Assembly: GCA_965204745.1 (NCBI GenBank)
Contig: OZ242010.1
Coordinates: forward strand, 4,672,001 to 4,736,000
Direction: 5' to 3'
Origin: Candidatus Latescibacterota bacterium
GTDB taxonomy: Bacteria > Latescibacterota > UBA2968
Length of the DNA: 64,000 nt
The notes beneath the pieces were generated by a model that searched no databases, was not told the DNA's origin, and saw only the letters and a program-made list of their open reading frames with translations. This document shows positions 46,957-57,449 of this stretch, one piece after another (position 1 is the stretch's first letter; every line of letters begins with the position of its first letter). The position numbers and the translations under genes are program-made.

Positions 46957-49900
46957 TCAATCCGCTGTTTGGGCGTCGTCTGTCCAGCGGGTGGACCTTT
47001 GGAAACTCAGCGCGGCAATCCGTTTGAGTGCGCCGCGCAAATCGTCCAACAAAATGTAGAACAGGGGAATCACAAACAGGGTCAGAGCCGTTGATACAAT
47101 CAACCCGCCCATCATGGTAATGCCCAGTGGCGCGTAGGGCATGCCCATCATCGTGCTGCTGCCAATCGCCATCGGAAACAAGCCGAACACGGTCGTGCAG
47201 GTCGTCATCAAAATGGGCCGAAAGCGATTGTGACCGGCCGCCCTAATCGCCTCGGTGCGATCCATACCCGATAGGCGCGAGCGGTTGATCATATCGACCA
47301 GCACTATCGCGTTGTTGACCACCACCCCGATCAGCACTATCGCGCCTACATTGGCCATAAAATCCATTGTCGTGCCCGTCAGCCACAAGCCCCAGTACAC
47401 GCCCAAAAACGAAAATGGAATGGCAAAAATCACGGCAAAGGGCAAAATGACCGACTCGAACAACACGCCCATCAGCAAAAACACAAATGTAATCGCCATC
47501 ACAATGGCGAAAGTCATGGCCTGACTTTCCCGGCTGTATTCCGAATGCCGCTCGCCCTTGTTCCACTCGTACCCTCGCGGCAGGGTGAACCCATCCATCG
47601 CGTCGTCGATCTCTCGATACATCCCGTCGATATCGGCCTTGGTGGTATAGACGCGCACGCGCAACCGGTTGCGCCCATTGTGCCTGAAAATATGGCTCGG
47701 CCCCTTGGTGATTTCAAAGGTCGCAAAACTCGACAAGGGCAATTTTTCGCCCGCATCGGTTACAAACGTAAAATTCTTCAACTGCACCAGCGATTGCCGG
47801 TCCGATTCGTCCAAAATCAGTTGCACGTCCACCTCGTGGTCGTCCGTCTGAAACCGCGGCAAGGTGGCCCCGCGCAGTTGGTACGCCAGGGTGCGGCTGA
47901 TCCGCTCTGCGGGAATCCCGTGTTTTTTCGCCTGTACGCGGTTGATGCGGATGCGGATCTCGTCTTTGCCAAATTCCAAGTCGCTCTGCAAACTCGTCAC
48001 GGCCGGGATTTGCTGCAACCGGCGTTCCACCTCCCCGAGCATGTCTTCCAATTTTTCAAAATCCGGCCCGTACAAATACACGCTCACGTAGGGATCGCGC
48101 CCGCCGGAACTGCGCGATTCCACGGACACGCGAAAGCCCACGTAGCGCGGCACGTCCCGGTTGAGTTCGTCGATGATCGCTTTGCGCGTCATCCACTGCG
48201 CCACGGGAAAGCCGATGCCCTTGCGCGCCCAGCGATACACCGCGTACCACCACGCTCGATGCGGGTCTTCTTCGAGATTCATCCGCAAATTGATGTACCC
48301 GCGCCGGAAGTACGTCATGACATTTTTGATTTTGTACCGGTCGCGGCGTTCATTCACGTAATTTTCGAGGTCGCGCGCAATTTTGTCCATTTCTTCCAAT
48401 GAAAAATTGTTGGGGCCGTACATGCGAATGGTCACGCGGTTCGAGGAAAAACTCATCTTATCCGTTTTCTTCACCTTCTCTATGGGAAAGACGATGGTGG
48501 CGAACAACAGGAGCGCGATCAAAAACGCATCCCTGCGGTGGTGAATGGCCCAGTTCAGGCAACGCCCGTACAGGCTACGCGCAACTGCGATGGACTTCGG
48601 GTCGGCGCGCACGACCACATCGCCAAACCGCTGTGCGGCCAGGGGGATGAACAACAGCGCGACGAACAAAGACGCCACCAGCGCGAACACCACGGGCATC
48701 CCGATTTTCGACAACAAGAATTTCATGTCAAAGCTGTCGTTCATCAACATCATCGGCAAGAAGACCACCACGGTGGTCAGGGTTGCCATCGTGATCGCCA
48801 GCCCCACTTCGCTCGCGCCGTAAATAGACGCCCGGCGCGCATCTTCGCCCGAGGCCCGCAACCGGTAGATGTTCTCCACGATCACTATCGCATTATCGAC
48901 CACCATGCCCACGCCCACCATCAAGCCCATCATCGTCAGCAAATTGAGGGACCAGCCCATAAAATAGAGCACGGTCACGGTCAGCATCACGCACAGGGGA
49001 ATGGACAAGGTGATCAGCGCGGTCATCCGCACGGCGCGCAAAAAGAACAACAACACCAGCGCGGCGAACAACCCGCCCCACAAACCCGTGACTTTCAAAT
49101 TGTCCATCGAGTCTTCGATCAACTTGCCCTCGCTGTAAAACAAGCGGAACGCGGCCGGGGTAGTGGCTTCGATGCGCGCCATCTCGCCCACGACTCGTTT
49201 GCACAGATCCACGATGTTCTCGCCGGATTCTTTGTACACATCCAAGCCCAAATTGCGTTGCCCATCCACGCGCCACACCCGGTCTCGGGGCGGTGCCGCG
49301 TACACCACGTCGGCCACGTCTTTGAGGCGCACCTGCGCGGTGCTGTGCCGGCTTTGCACGGCGATGGTTTCGATTTCCGTTAGGCTTTGATAATGCGCCA
49401 ATGACCGCACGTACAACCGCTTCCCGCCTTCGCGGATGTGCCCGGCAGACAGGGAAAAATTGTCCTGTTGCAAGGATGCCACGAGTTCATGCGTCTCGAT
49501 GCCGTGCGTCCGCATGCGCTCTTGATCCACCAAGATCAACACTTCCTTGTCCTCAAACCCCCAGATGCTGGTCTTTGCCACGCCGTCGATCCGTTCGATG
49601 GGATCGATCACATGGGTTTGCACCCATTGTTCCTTGTCCGCAATCTCCTCTGGGATGGACAGGCCCGTCCAGATCACCTCGGAATCGGTTTCCTGATTCC
49701 ACGAATACACCTTGATTCTATCGCGCACTTCTTCGGGCAAATCGAGTTTGGCATGCTCCAACCGGTCTGCCACGCGCGTGTATGCATCGCGCATGTCTGT
49801 GCCGCGGTGAAACTTGAGCTCGACCCCGGCCCACGGGTTGCCGGCAAAAGCGTAAATATCGCTGAGTTCGCGCACGGTTCGCATGTGCCGTTCCATCGGC

Positions 49901-50121
49901 AATGCGATGGTGTGAAACCGCTCTTGCACGGACGCATTTTCCTGCGCCACATCCACCCAAAACCGGTTCCAGTCATTGCCCGACGCCCACGCCTGAATGG
50001 GAATGCGCCAATACGCCACCAACCCAATCACCATCAGCCCGACCAAACACATGGTCACGGTGACGGGCCGCATGATGGAGATGCGGGGGAGGAGGGAGGA
50101 TTTTGTTTGTTTGTTGGTCAT
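46957..50121 (-). CDS. RND efflux permease (AcrB/AcrD/AcrF family)
   Basis: RPVTV.M, GMVVDNAIVIVENI, GVVVNNAIVLVD, RFRPILMT. Confidence 0.92.
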   Translation of the reverse strand: MTNKQTKSSLLPRISIMRPVTVTMCLVGLMVIGLVAYWRIPIQAWASGNDWNRFWVDVAQENASVQERFHTIALPMERHMRTVRELSDIYAFAGNPWAGVELKFHRGTDMRDAYTRVADRLEHAKLDLPEEVRDRIKVYSWNQETDSEVIWTGLSIPEEIADKEQWVQTHVIDPIERIDGVAKTSIWGFEDKEVLILVDQERMRTHGIETHELVASLQQDNFSLSAGHIREGGKRLYVRSLAHYQSLTEIETIAVQSRHSTAQVRLKDVADVVYAAPPRDRVWRVDGQRNLGLDVYKESGENIVDLCKRVVGEMARIEATTPAAFRLFYSEGKLIEDSMDNLKVTGLWGGLFAALVLLFFLRAVRMTALITLSIPLCVMLTVTVLYFMGWSLNLLTMMGLMVGVGMVVDNAIVIVENIYRLRASGEDARRASIYGASEVGLAITMATLTTVVVFLPMMLMNDSFDMKFLLSKIGMPVVFALVASLFVALLFIPLAAQRFGDVVVRADPKSIAVARSLYGRCLNWAIHHRRDAFLIALLLFATIVFPIEKVKKTDKMSFSSNRVTIRMYGPNNFSLEEMDKIARDLENYVNERRDRYKIKNVMTYFRRGYINLRMNLEEDPHRAWWYAVYRWARKGIGFPVAQWMTRKAIIDELNRDVPRYVGFRVSVESRSSGGRDPYVSVYLYGPDFEKLEDMLGEVERRLQQIPAVTSLQSDLEFGKDEIRIRINRVQAKKHGIPAERISRTLAYQLRGATLPRFQTDDHEVDVQLILDESDRQSLVQLKNFTFVTDAGEKLPLSSFATFEITKGPSHIFRHNGRNRLRVRVYTTKADIDGMYREIDDAMDGFTLPRGYEWNKGERHSEYSRESQAMTFAIVMAITFVFLLMGVLFESVILPFAVIFAIPFSFLGVYWGLWLTGTTMDFMANVGAIVLIGVVVNNAIVLVDMINRSRLSGMDRTEAIRAAGHNRFRPILMTTCTTVFGLFPMAIGSSTMMGMPYAPLGITMMGGLIVSTALTLFVIPLFYILLDDLRGALKRIAALSFQRSTRWTDDAQTAD

Positions 50122-50173
50122 GTGGTCATGTGGTCAGTGGTCAGTGGTCATGTGGTCAGTGGTCAGTGGTCAG
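50114..50173. repeat. Heptamer/octamer tandem (tggtcag / tggtcatg) abutting the RND start codon
   Basis: Visible directly; same motif as 3817-3837. Confidence 0.8.
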
Positions 50174-50343
50174 TCCCCGCCTGTCCCTTCCGCCGCTTAA
50201 ACAATCAAGTATCTAATATCATTCCTGCGAAAGCAAGCGTCTAGTGACTTTTTGCACTTCTACACAATATAGACACATCCCTGACCGATTCGGTTTTCTT
50301 TTTCGCAAAAAATCCACATAGCCAATTCTCGCGCTGTTATCGT

Positions 50344-50372
50344 TTGACTTTGGTCGCGCTCGCGTTTATATT
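50344..50372 (+). promoter_or_regulatory. Sigma70 promoter
   Basis: TTGACT-17 bp-TATATT. Confidence 0.6.
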
Positions 50373-50414
50373 TGTCGTGTTCGTTTTGGAAAGGCATCGA
50401 CAAAGGAGGTTGAA

Positions 50415-50747
50415 ATGGCAGATCGAGAATTGGATCAACGCATTGGACTTGCAGAGTTACGCGGTGAAATGGTGCAGATGAACAAGCGCGTTGACGATGT
50501 GAACAGGCGCATTGACGATGTGAACAAGCGCATTGACGATGTGAACAGGCGTATTGATGGCGTGGATAAGCGCATTGACGAAGTGAATAGGCGCATTGAC
50601 GATCTCCGCACTGAAGTTCGCGCAGAAATTGCGGATGTTCGCGCAGAAATTCGGGATCTGCGGGCTACGTTGCGATGGGTGATCGGCATCCAAGTCACGA
50701 TGTTTATCGTTTTGGCTGGCCTGATTTTGCGCGGCATCGGGTCGTAA
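50415..50747 (+). CDS. Small coiled-coil protein with C-terminal TM anchor (DUF1640/Bdr-like architecture)
   Basis: SD AAAGGAGG; five N(K/R)RIDDV-type heptads (21-bp repeats); hydrophobic tail. Confidence 0.8.
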   Translation: MADRELDQRIGLAELRGEMVQMNKRVDDVNRRIDDVNKRIDDVNRRIDGVDKRIDEVNRRIDDLRTEVRAEIADVRAEIRDLRATLRWVIGIQVTMFIVLAGLILRGIGS

Positions 50748-50772
50748 AATCTGACGAACAGAACAAAAATTG

Positions 50773-50805
50773 AAGCCCTTCTGCAAAACAGGAGGGCTTT
50801 TTTTT
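50773..50805 (+). terminator. Intrinsic terminator
   Basis: aagcccttctg...caggagggctttttttt. Confidence 0.75.
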
Positions 50806-50865
50806 CGGTCTCGAACCGAGGCGAAGAGACGCTTGCGATAGATCGCCATAACTTCAATCCTCAAA

Positions 50866-51660
50866 CTACGGCGTGCTTCGGCGGGTGCCGCCGTCCATGT
50901 AGATCGAACTGCCGAACACGTAAGAACACGGCTCGGACGACAAAAATGCCACGACATTTGCGATCTCTTCGGGTTCGGCCATGCGCCCGGCGGGCAATGC
51001 CGCGCCCAACTCGTCGAGCACGGCTTCGACATCGCGGCCCTCGCGGTCTGCACGCGGTCGTTGCTGTGCGCGCGCTCGCGGGGTATTGGTCAGGCCAGGG
51101 CAAACCGCGTTCACCAAAATGCCATCGCCTGATACCGCATCGGACAACGCTCGCGTCATGTTCAAAATGGTGATGTTGGCGGCCCCGGTGGGGATATTGT
51201 TGCGCGTGGGGCTCGTGCCTGCGCCGCCCGCGATATTGACGATGCGCCCCCAGCCATTTGCCCGCATCAGCGGAATCACGCGCTGCGCCATCCGCAAGTA
51301 GCTATACGTTTTCAACTGCAATGCCTCGCTGATGTGCGCGGCGTCCAAGTGCAAAATATCGGCATTGCGCGCGGCCCCCACATTGTTGACCAAAATATCC
51401 ACGCCGCCAAATGCGCGCACTGTCTCATCCACGACCGCGTCGCAATTTTCGCGCACGGTCAGATCGATTGCAACCGCATGCCCTTCGCCACCTGCCGCGT
51501 CGATCTCGGCGACCACCGAATCCAATGTTGCCCGCGTGCGTGCAGCAATACACACGCGCACTCCTTCCCGCGCCAATGCCAAGGCGCAACACCGGCCAAT
51601 GCCCTGACTGCCACCGGTCACGATGGCGCGTTTTTCTCGCAATCCCAAATCCATTGCCAT
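50866..51660 (-). CDS. SDR family oxidoreductase
   Basis: TGGSQGIG, LVNNVG, NAVCPG; the canonical YxxxK is replaced by TGAAN. Confidence 0.88.
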   Translation of the reverse strand: MAMDLGLREKRAIVTGGSQGIGRCCALALAREGVRVCIAARTRATLDSVVAEIDAAGGEGHAVAIDLTVRENCDAVVDETVRAFGGVDILVNNVGAARNADILHLDAAHISEALQLKTYSYLRMAQRVIPLMRANGWGRIVNIAGGAGTSPTRNNIPTGAANITILNMTRALSDAVSGDGILVNAVCPGLTNTPRARAQQRPRADREGRDVEAVLDELGAALPAGRMAEPEEIANVVAFLSSEPCSYVFGSSIYMDGGTRRSTP

Positions 51661-51777
51661 TCTCCAATCACTGCCACGCGGTCAGCGGTCAGCAAAACAA
51701 GCGTTAGCGCTTTGGGCGGATCTGAAAGCATTTCGCCTTCGGCCGGGCGAGTTGCCTTTCTGTTCATCTGCGGATAC

Positions 51778-52638
51778 TCAATCCCACGCGGTCAGGCCCA
51801 GCAACTTTTCGCCCAATGCGGTCAACTGCGCGGGTTGCTGGGTTTTGTGTTCCCAATCCCTCGGATCGCCCGGCCAGCGCGGCGTGGGCCTGCATTCTCG
51901 CCATGCCTGCACGCGCTCTTGTCGCTCGGCCTCGCCGCGGCCTTCTGCGGGCGACATGGTGATGTATTGCGCCAAGCGGGGCCTGTCCGAGCGGTTGTGC
52001 CCATTGCCGTGGGCGAGCAACCGATGCCAGATCAGCAAATCCCCGGCTTTGCCCGGAATGGACTTCACCTCCATGCCATCCAAATTCGGACGCCGCGGAT
52101 CGCGGTCTACCGGCTGGGTCTCAAGCCACTCTTCAAAATAATTATGGAACCCCGGCACGCATTGAAACCCGCCTTGATCCGCTGACGTCTCCGTCAAATA
52201 CAACACTCCTTGCACCCCAAACGGCACGTTGGGCACGGATGTATCCGTGTCCCAGTGGATCATCCCCTCGTTTTGCCAATCGGGTTTGTCCGGCCGTGAC
52301 GGCGGCTTCATGTTCGCGCGGTCCAGCGACACCCACAACTTTTCCGTGCCCCAAATCTCGGAAAACGCCCGATGCACTTTGGGATATTGCCGGTTGTCCC
52401 ACAGGGCTTGGTGCTGATAGATTTCCACCATCCCGGACGCGGAGATCATCGAACATGGATTGCCTCGCGTATAGGGTTTGTACTTGTACCAATCCTCTAT
52501 ATTGCGGGGATCCATATCCAAGAACGCCCAGATCGCATCCACCATCGCATCCAGATTCTCCTGCGGCACGGCGTCGTGAATCACCACGTACCCGTTCTCG
52601 TGCCAAAAATCCCGATCCCGCTGACTCAAAACAGACAT
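51778..52638 (-). CDS. Phytanoyl-CoA dioxygenase (PhyH) family protein
   Basis: FWHENGYVVI, HWD, GGFQCVPG, AGDLLIWH..L.HGN; SD AAGGAG. Confidence 0.88.
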   Translation of the reverse strand: MSVLSQRDRDFWHENGYVVIHDAVPQENLDAMVDAIWAFLDMDPRNIEDWYKYKPYTRGNPCSMISASGMVEIYQHQALWDNRQYPKVHRAFSEIWGTEKLWVSLDRANMKPPSRPDKPDWQNEGMIHWDTDTSVPNVPFGVQGVLYLTETSADQGGFQCVPGFHNYFEEWLETQPVDRDPRRPNLDGMEVKSIPGKAGDLLIWHRLLAHGNGHNRSDRPRLAQYITMSPAEGRGEAERQERVQAWRECRPTPRWPGDPRDWEHKTQQPAQLTALGEKLLGLTAWD

Positions 52639-52859
52639 CGTTCTCGCTCCTTTCAAATCATTTTCCTGCAACATCGGGCAGAATTTCTCTAATTTTTGAC
52701 AGCGTTCCAAGCAGTGGCGATCATCGTCCGCCAGAGTCCGCCATCAGAAAGCAGTATAACCAGCCCGGTCGGCTTCGCGCTACTATTTTCTTACCGGGCG
52801 CGAGTTTGGGTTTGAAATGAAAAAAGGCCGTAAGGATGGATGCCCCTACGCCCTTTTTT

Positions 52860-52935
52860 TGGTGACCCCGAGGGGAGTCGAACCCCCGTCTCCAGAGTGA
52901 GAGTCTGGTGTCCTAGGCCACTGAACGACGGGGTC
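52860..52935 (-). tRNA. tRNA-Glu (anticodon CTC)
   Basis: Cloverleaf GACCCCG.../CGGGGTC-ACCA; anticodon arm CCAGA-CTCTCAC-TCTGG; GGTTCGA T-loop; hairpin/T-tract downstream (52820-52859). Confidence 0.95.
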
Positions 52936-52971
52936 ACCCAAATGCGATGGCAAGAACCTAACAAAGACCGA

Positions 52972-54264
52972 TTATTTTGTCAAGGCCGTCTCGAGGGCAT
53001 CATAGACCAGCGGTTGAAAATGTCGCGTGACATTGCCCGCCCCGCGCAGTTGCGTCCACACCATTGAAATCATCTCGTTTTGCGGATCGATCCAGAAATG
53101 GGTTTTGGCAATGCCCGACCAATAATACGTCCCGTTATGATCCACCCAGTCGGTCTCGGTTTCATCGACGATGACGGCGAACCCATAGCCGAACCCATCG
53201 CTCTTGCGCTGCCGGTGGCGATAGGGCGCGGTCTCGGGCAGGTGATTGGCGGTCATGAGGCGGACGGTTTCGGGTTTCAAAATGCGCGTACCGTACAATT
53301 CCCCGCCATTGTGCAACATTTGGGCAAAGCGGAGATAATCGCGTGCCGTGCTCACCAACCCGCCACCGCCGGATTCCCACGCGCCGGGCCGCGTATTGCT
53401 CTGCGTATTGCGCGGTTCGAGTTTGCCATCCCTTTTCCGATAAAGCGTTGCCAAGCGGGCGCGCTTTTCTTCGGGCACGTAAAAACCCGTGTCGAACATG
53501 TCCAAAGGCGCGAAAATGCGTTGCGAGAAAAATTCGCCCAAGGACATGCCCGAGGCGACCTCGACCACGCGACCGAGGATATCGGTCGATACGCCGTACA
53601 GCCAACGGGTGCCGGGCTGAAAGCGCAGGGGAAGGCGCGCGACCTTTCGGGCAAATGCCGCGTTTGATGGGGACGAAAACAGGTTTGCAGCGCGGTAGAG
53701 CGTATCCACGGGCGTTTGCCCAAAGTTGCCGTAGGTCAATCCGGAGGTGTGCGAAAGCAAGTCCGAAATGGCGATGGCGCGTTTGAGCGGCGCGAGCATT
53801 GGGTTTTGCGACCCGCCGCCTGCATAGACTTTTGTTTTCGCAAATTCCGGGATGAACTTGGACACCGGATCGTCCAAGTTGAGTTTGCCATCTTCGTAGA
53901 GCATCATAATCGCGACGCTGGTGACGGGCTTGGTCATGGAATAGATGCGAAACAGGGCGTCCTCGGTCATGGGCTTGGACGATGCGAGGTCCTTGAACCC
54001 CACGGTCTCGAAATGGACGATTTTGCCTTTTCGGGCAACGAGCGTCAAAATGCCCGCGAATTTCCCGGAATCGACAAGGGCCTGCATCGCGGGTTGGATT
54101 TTCCCAAGGCGTTCTGCGGAAATCCCGACTTCCGCGGGGTCCGCACGGGGAATCTCTGTGGCGGCGACCGATTGGATGCCCGAGAAAACCGCGATCAGGA
54201 CGAACAAGGTGTTTTGCAAAATGCGCGTCATTGGGATATTCTCCTCGTTGATAACAAGTGTCAT
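52972..54264 (-). CDS. Serine hydrolase, beta-lactamase-related family (start may be 54231)
   Basis: YSMTK (SxxK), LLSHTSG, PGTRWLYG, GGGGLVST..DY.RF. Confidence 0.9.
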   Translation of the reverse strand: MTLVINEENIPMTRILQNTLFVLIAVFSGIQSVAATEIPRADPAEVGISAERLGKIQPAMQALVDSGKFAGILTLVARKGKIVHFETVGFKDLASSKPMTEDALFRIYSMTKPVTSVAIMMLYEDGKLNLDDPVSKFIPEFAKTKVYAGGGSQNPMLAPLKRAIAISDLLSHTSGLTYGNFGQTPVDTLYRAANLFSSPSNAAFARKVARLPLRFQPGTRWLYGVSTDILGRVVEVASGMSLGEFFSQRIFAPLDMFDTGFYVPEEKRARLATLYRKRDGKLEPRNTQSNTRPGAWESGGGGLVSTARDYLRFAQMLHNGGELYGTRILKPETVRLMTANHLPETAPYRHRQRKSDGFGYGFAVIVDETETDWVDHNGTYYWSGIAKTHFWIDPQNEMISMVWTQLRGAGNVTRHFQPLVYDALETALTK

Positions 54265-54305
54265 TAAGAAAGGGTTACACCTTTCGATGCAACCCTTTCC
54301 GCGTG

Positions 54306-54382
54306 TGGTGCGGACGCCAGGATTCGAACCCGGAACCGTCTGATCCGTAGTCAGGTGCTCTATCCAGTTGAGCTACGTCCGC
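54306..54382 (-). tRNA. tRNA-Arg (anticodon ACG)
   Basis: GCGGACG...CGTCCGC-ACCA; anticodon loop CTACGGA; GGTTCGAATCC; hairpin at 54268-54299 downstream. Confidence 0.95.
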
Positions 54383-54717
54383 CAAAATCAGGTGCTGAGC
54401 ACACAGACGCTACGAAGGCCATCAAAGATATCAAAAGCGCGAAATATGTCAAGTGGAAAGCCGATTTGCGGAAAGGCGATTTTGGGTTGCTCGCAGAGGG
54501 GGGATGTATAATTATGGGAGTCAGTCGTCAGTCCCCACCCGTCCCAACCACCGAGTTGTCAGTTGTCAGTTACCCCGCCGCTCCACCCCTGAATGCGACT
54601 TGTTTTGCTGATTGCCCATGCGTTGGGGCTACGCCTGTGCGCGCTTTTGTCGTGGATTGAAAAAATTAGAAAAAATAAAAATCAAATAAAAAAAAATAAA
54701 CTCTCTCAAAGACATTT

Positions 54718-54755
54718 AAAAAAAGAGACCGAGGTTTCAAAAACCTCGGTCTCTT
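54718..54755 (-). terminator. Intrinsic terminator of the TonB-dependent receptor gene
   Basis: aagagaccgaggttt-caa-aaacctcggtctctt perfect stem with T-tract on the minus strand. Confidence 0.8.
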
Positions 54756-54797
54756 GGTTTATGGGACTATCCACCTGATGATGGCTTGGGTCAGTCC

Positions 54798-57449
54798 TTA
54801 AAATGAGAAGGAGTACTTTCCGTACCAGAACGCGCCGCCGAAGCCGAATGGGCTGAATTGGCTGTACAAGCGGCCGAGGCTGGTCGCGTTTGGATTGACG
54901 TCGGGGTAGATGTCGAGGACGTTTTGCGCGCCCACAGTGAGCCGCGAATGATTGGCAAAGGCGTAACTGGCTTCCACGTCGAGCACAAATTCGCCACTAT
55001 AGACATGATCGTCTTCCGAATCGTACCATTCAGAATAGTAGCGCACGCGGCCCAAGACCTCAAACACCTCTTTCAGGGGCACGGTCACGGTCAAGTTGCC
55101 GCGGTGCTTGGGCAGGCCCTCTTCCAATTCCCGAATCCGCTCATCGTTCAAGGTCTCCTCATTGTAATCGGTCACTTCGGTGCTGGTGAAGTTGTACGCC
55201 ACGCTGATCTCGCCATCGCAGCAAAACGGCGTGGTGAGCACGAAGTCGATGCCCTGCGTCGTCGTTTCAAAATCATTGATGAAGAACCGGAAATTTCGCA
55301 GGTTGCGCGCGCTGGTGATGCCTTCGCCGATTAATTGAGTCTTCTCGGCTTCGTTCAGACTGTAGTTCTGCGAGAACGACAGGCGATCCTTTACGGCAAT
55401 GTTGAAATAGTCGAGCGTGACATTGACCGGCGGGATATTGGTATCCACGGGATAAATGGGAATGGTCATCACCACGCCGCCCGTGAAGTTGAGCGACTTT
55501 TCGGGCGTGATTTGTTTCCCGCCCCGGAGTTGTGCAACGCGAAAGGTCGAGGGAATGGTGCCGTTGTTGACCAACCCGACCCCGGGCGTAAATTCGGTCG
55601 AGACGTTGAAGGTGTTTTGTTGTCCGGGCGTGGGTGCGCGAAAGCCCGTGCTGAACGAGCCGCGCAATTTCGTGCTCTCGCTAAGCCCGACGTTGGTCGC
55701 CACCTTGTAGTTGACCGTGGAGCCGAAATCCTCAAAATTTTCAAAGCGCAAGGCCAAGGCCAGCAACCAGTTGTCCATCGGGGTGACTTCCGCCTCGCCA
55801 TAAATTGCGAAGTTCCCGCGGCTCCAATTGCCCGCGGCGATCTCGTCGCTGAACCCGGGAAATCCATTGGAAGCCGAACTAAAGCCGTAGTCCGCCAAGG
55901 GGCCGATTTGGAATGACTCGGGTTGCCCTTGCACAACTTCAAAATTCTCGATGCGGTATTCTGCCCCGGCCGCGAGGAAGACTTGCTCGCTAAACGGATA
56001 GGTCACGTCGAAGTTGAAATTGGTCTCGGTTTGGATGTATGTCCCCGGGTCAAATTCCGTTGGCGAGTTGGCCCCCAACGAGGCATTCACCGTATTGAAG
56101 ATGAAGAAATCGGCTTCGTGGCGCCCCCGATACGCGCTGAAATCCCAGGACATCAGGGAGGCCGCCGTGCCCTTCAAGCCAGCCAGAACAGCGTAGTCCG
56201 TCGTGTTCCCGCCAAACCGGGGCGTGAACCCGCCGGGAAAGCGTTCGCGGAACGTCCACAAATTGGGATCGCTCTGCACCTGTGCCAAAGCGGCCTGGTC
56301 CGGCACGCGGCAAACGATGGGCACCACGGGCACGTCGCCGCCGGCCATGTTGCCCACGAGCAATGTCGCGGTCAGGGTGCCGTTCACGCCATTCACAATG
56401 CCGAGTTCTTCGGCTTCGGCTTGGGTGTGGTAATTCGTGCCGTCGAACATGAGCACAGGGCCTCTGTACACGCCCCCCCGCGTGTTGGGATTGCGGTAGA
56501 AGAACCCGCCTTCGACTTCTTTGCTGGCAAAGTTGCCGTGCCCGTAAAACTCGATGTTGTCGTTGATGGACAGGCCGTAGTTGGCGAGGATTTTGAGGTC
56601 GTTGCGGACAAAGGGCTGACCCCAAATTTGCGCGGGGTTTGCCACGCCTTGATTGCCCGCTGAAATGAGACCTGCGGCATCGGCGCGTTGCACCGAGCGG
56701 TCCGTATCATCTGAATTGCCGTATTCCGCGCTGAGGTTGATCCAGGCATTTGGGTTGCCCAAGCCGATATTGCCCGCAACCGCGTACGTCATGCCGTCGC
56801 CTTGCTGGTAAATGCCGGGCTTGATTTCAAAGGACCCGCCGCTGTAATTGTCTTTCAACGCGAAATTCAGCACGCCGGCAATGGCGTCAGAGCCGTATTG
56901 CGCGGATGCGCCGTCGCGCAGGACTTCTACGCGCTTGAGGGCGATAGACGGAATCGCGGAGATGTCAGGGCCTTGCGCGCCATCGGCAATGCCATTGCCC
57001 AGCCAGTGAATCACGGCGGCGCGGTGGCGGCGTTTGCCATTGATGAGCACGAGCGCGTGGTCAGGGGCAAGGCCGCGCAGGTTGACCGGGCGCACCACGG
57101 TTGACGCATCGCTGATCGGCTGCGTGTTGACATTGTAGGAGGGTACGATGTTTCGGATCAGATTCAGCAAATCCGTATCGGCCTGTTTGGCGACTTCTTC
57201 GCCGGCGACCACGTCGATGGGCACGGCGGACTCGGTGACAGAACGCGGTTGGGCGCGCGACCCGATAACCACCAATTCTTCGAGCACGATCACATCTTCG
57301 AGAATATCCGTGACCTCGGTCGCAGTGGTATCCGCGCTTGCGGCGGGCTGGCTCTCCTGCGCGATAGCAGTGCCACTCATGGCGAGCGCGATGCCGAGCG
57401 CGAGGCACTTAACGCGGGTGAGAGACCTCAAACAATACCTATGTGGCAT
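54798..57449 (-). CDS. TonB-dependent outer-membrane receptor
   Basis: EELVVIGSR, LRGLAPDHALVLINGKRRH, VEVLRDGASAQYGSDAIAGV, C-terminal YSFSF; SD AAGGAG. Confidence 0.93.
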   Translation of the reverse strand: MPHRYCLRSLTRVKCLALGIALAMSGTAIAQESQPAASADTTATEVTDILEDVIVLEELVVIGSRAQPRSVTESAVPIDVVAGEEVAKQADTDLLNLIRNIVPSYNVNTQPISDASTVVRPVNLRGLAPDHALVLINGKRRHRAAVIHWLGNGIADGAQGPDISAIPSIALKRVEVLRDGASAQYGSDAIAGVLNFALKDNYSGGSFEIKPGIYQQGDGMTYAVAGNIGLGNPNAWINLSAEYGNSDDTDRSVQRADAAGLISAGNQGVANPAQIWGQPFVRNDLKILANYGLSINDNIEFYGHGNFASKEVEGGFFYRNPNTRGGVYRGPVLMFDGTNYHTQAEAEELGIVNGVNGTLTATLLVGNMAGGDVPVVPIVCRVPDQAALAQVQSDPNLWTFRERFPGGFTPRFGGNTTDYAVLAGLKGTAASLMSWDFSAYRGRHEADFFIFNTVNASLGANSPTEFDPGTYIQTETNFNFDVTYPFSEQVFLAAGAEYRIENFEVVQGQPESFQIGPLADYGFSSASNGFPGFSDEIAAGNWSRGNFAIYGEAEVTPMDNWLLALALRFENFEDFGSTVNYKVATNVGLSESTKLRGSFSTGFRAPTPGQQNTFNVSTEFTPGVGLVNNGTIPSTFRVAQLRGGKQITPEKSLNFTGGVVMTIPIYPVDTNIPPVNVTLDYFNIAVKDRLSFSQNYSLNEAEKTQLIGEGITSARNLRNFRFFINDFETTTQGIDFVLTTPFCCDGEISVAYNFTSTEVTDYNEETLNDERIRELEEGLPKHRGNLTVTVPLKEVFEVLGRVRYYSEWYDSEDDHVYSGEFVLDVEASYAFANHSRLTVGAQNVLDIYPDVNPNATSLGRLYSQFSPFGFGGAFWYGKYSFSF

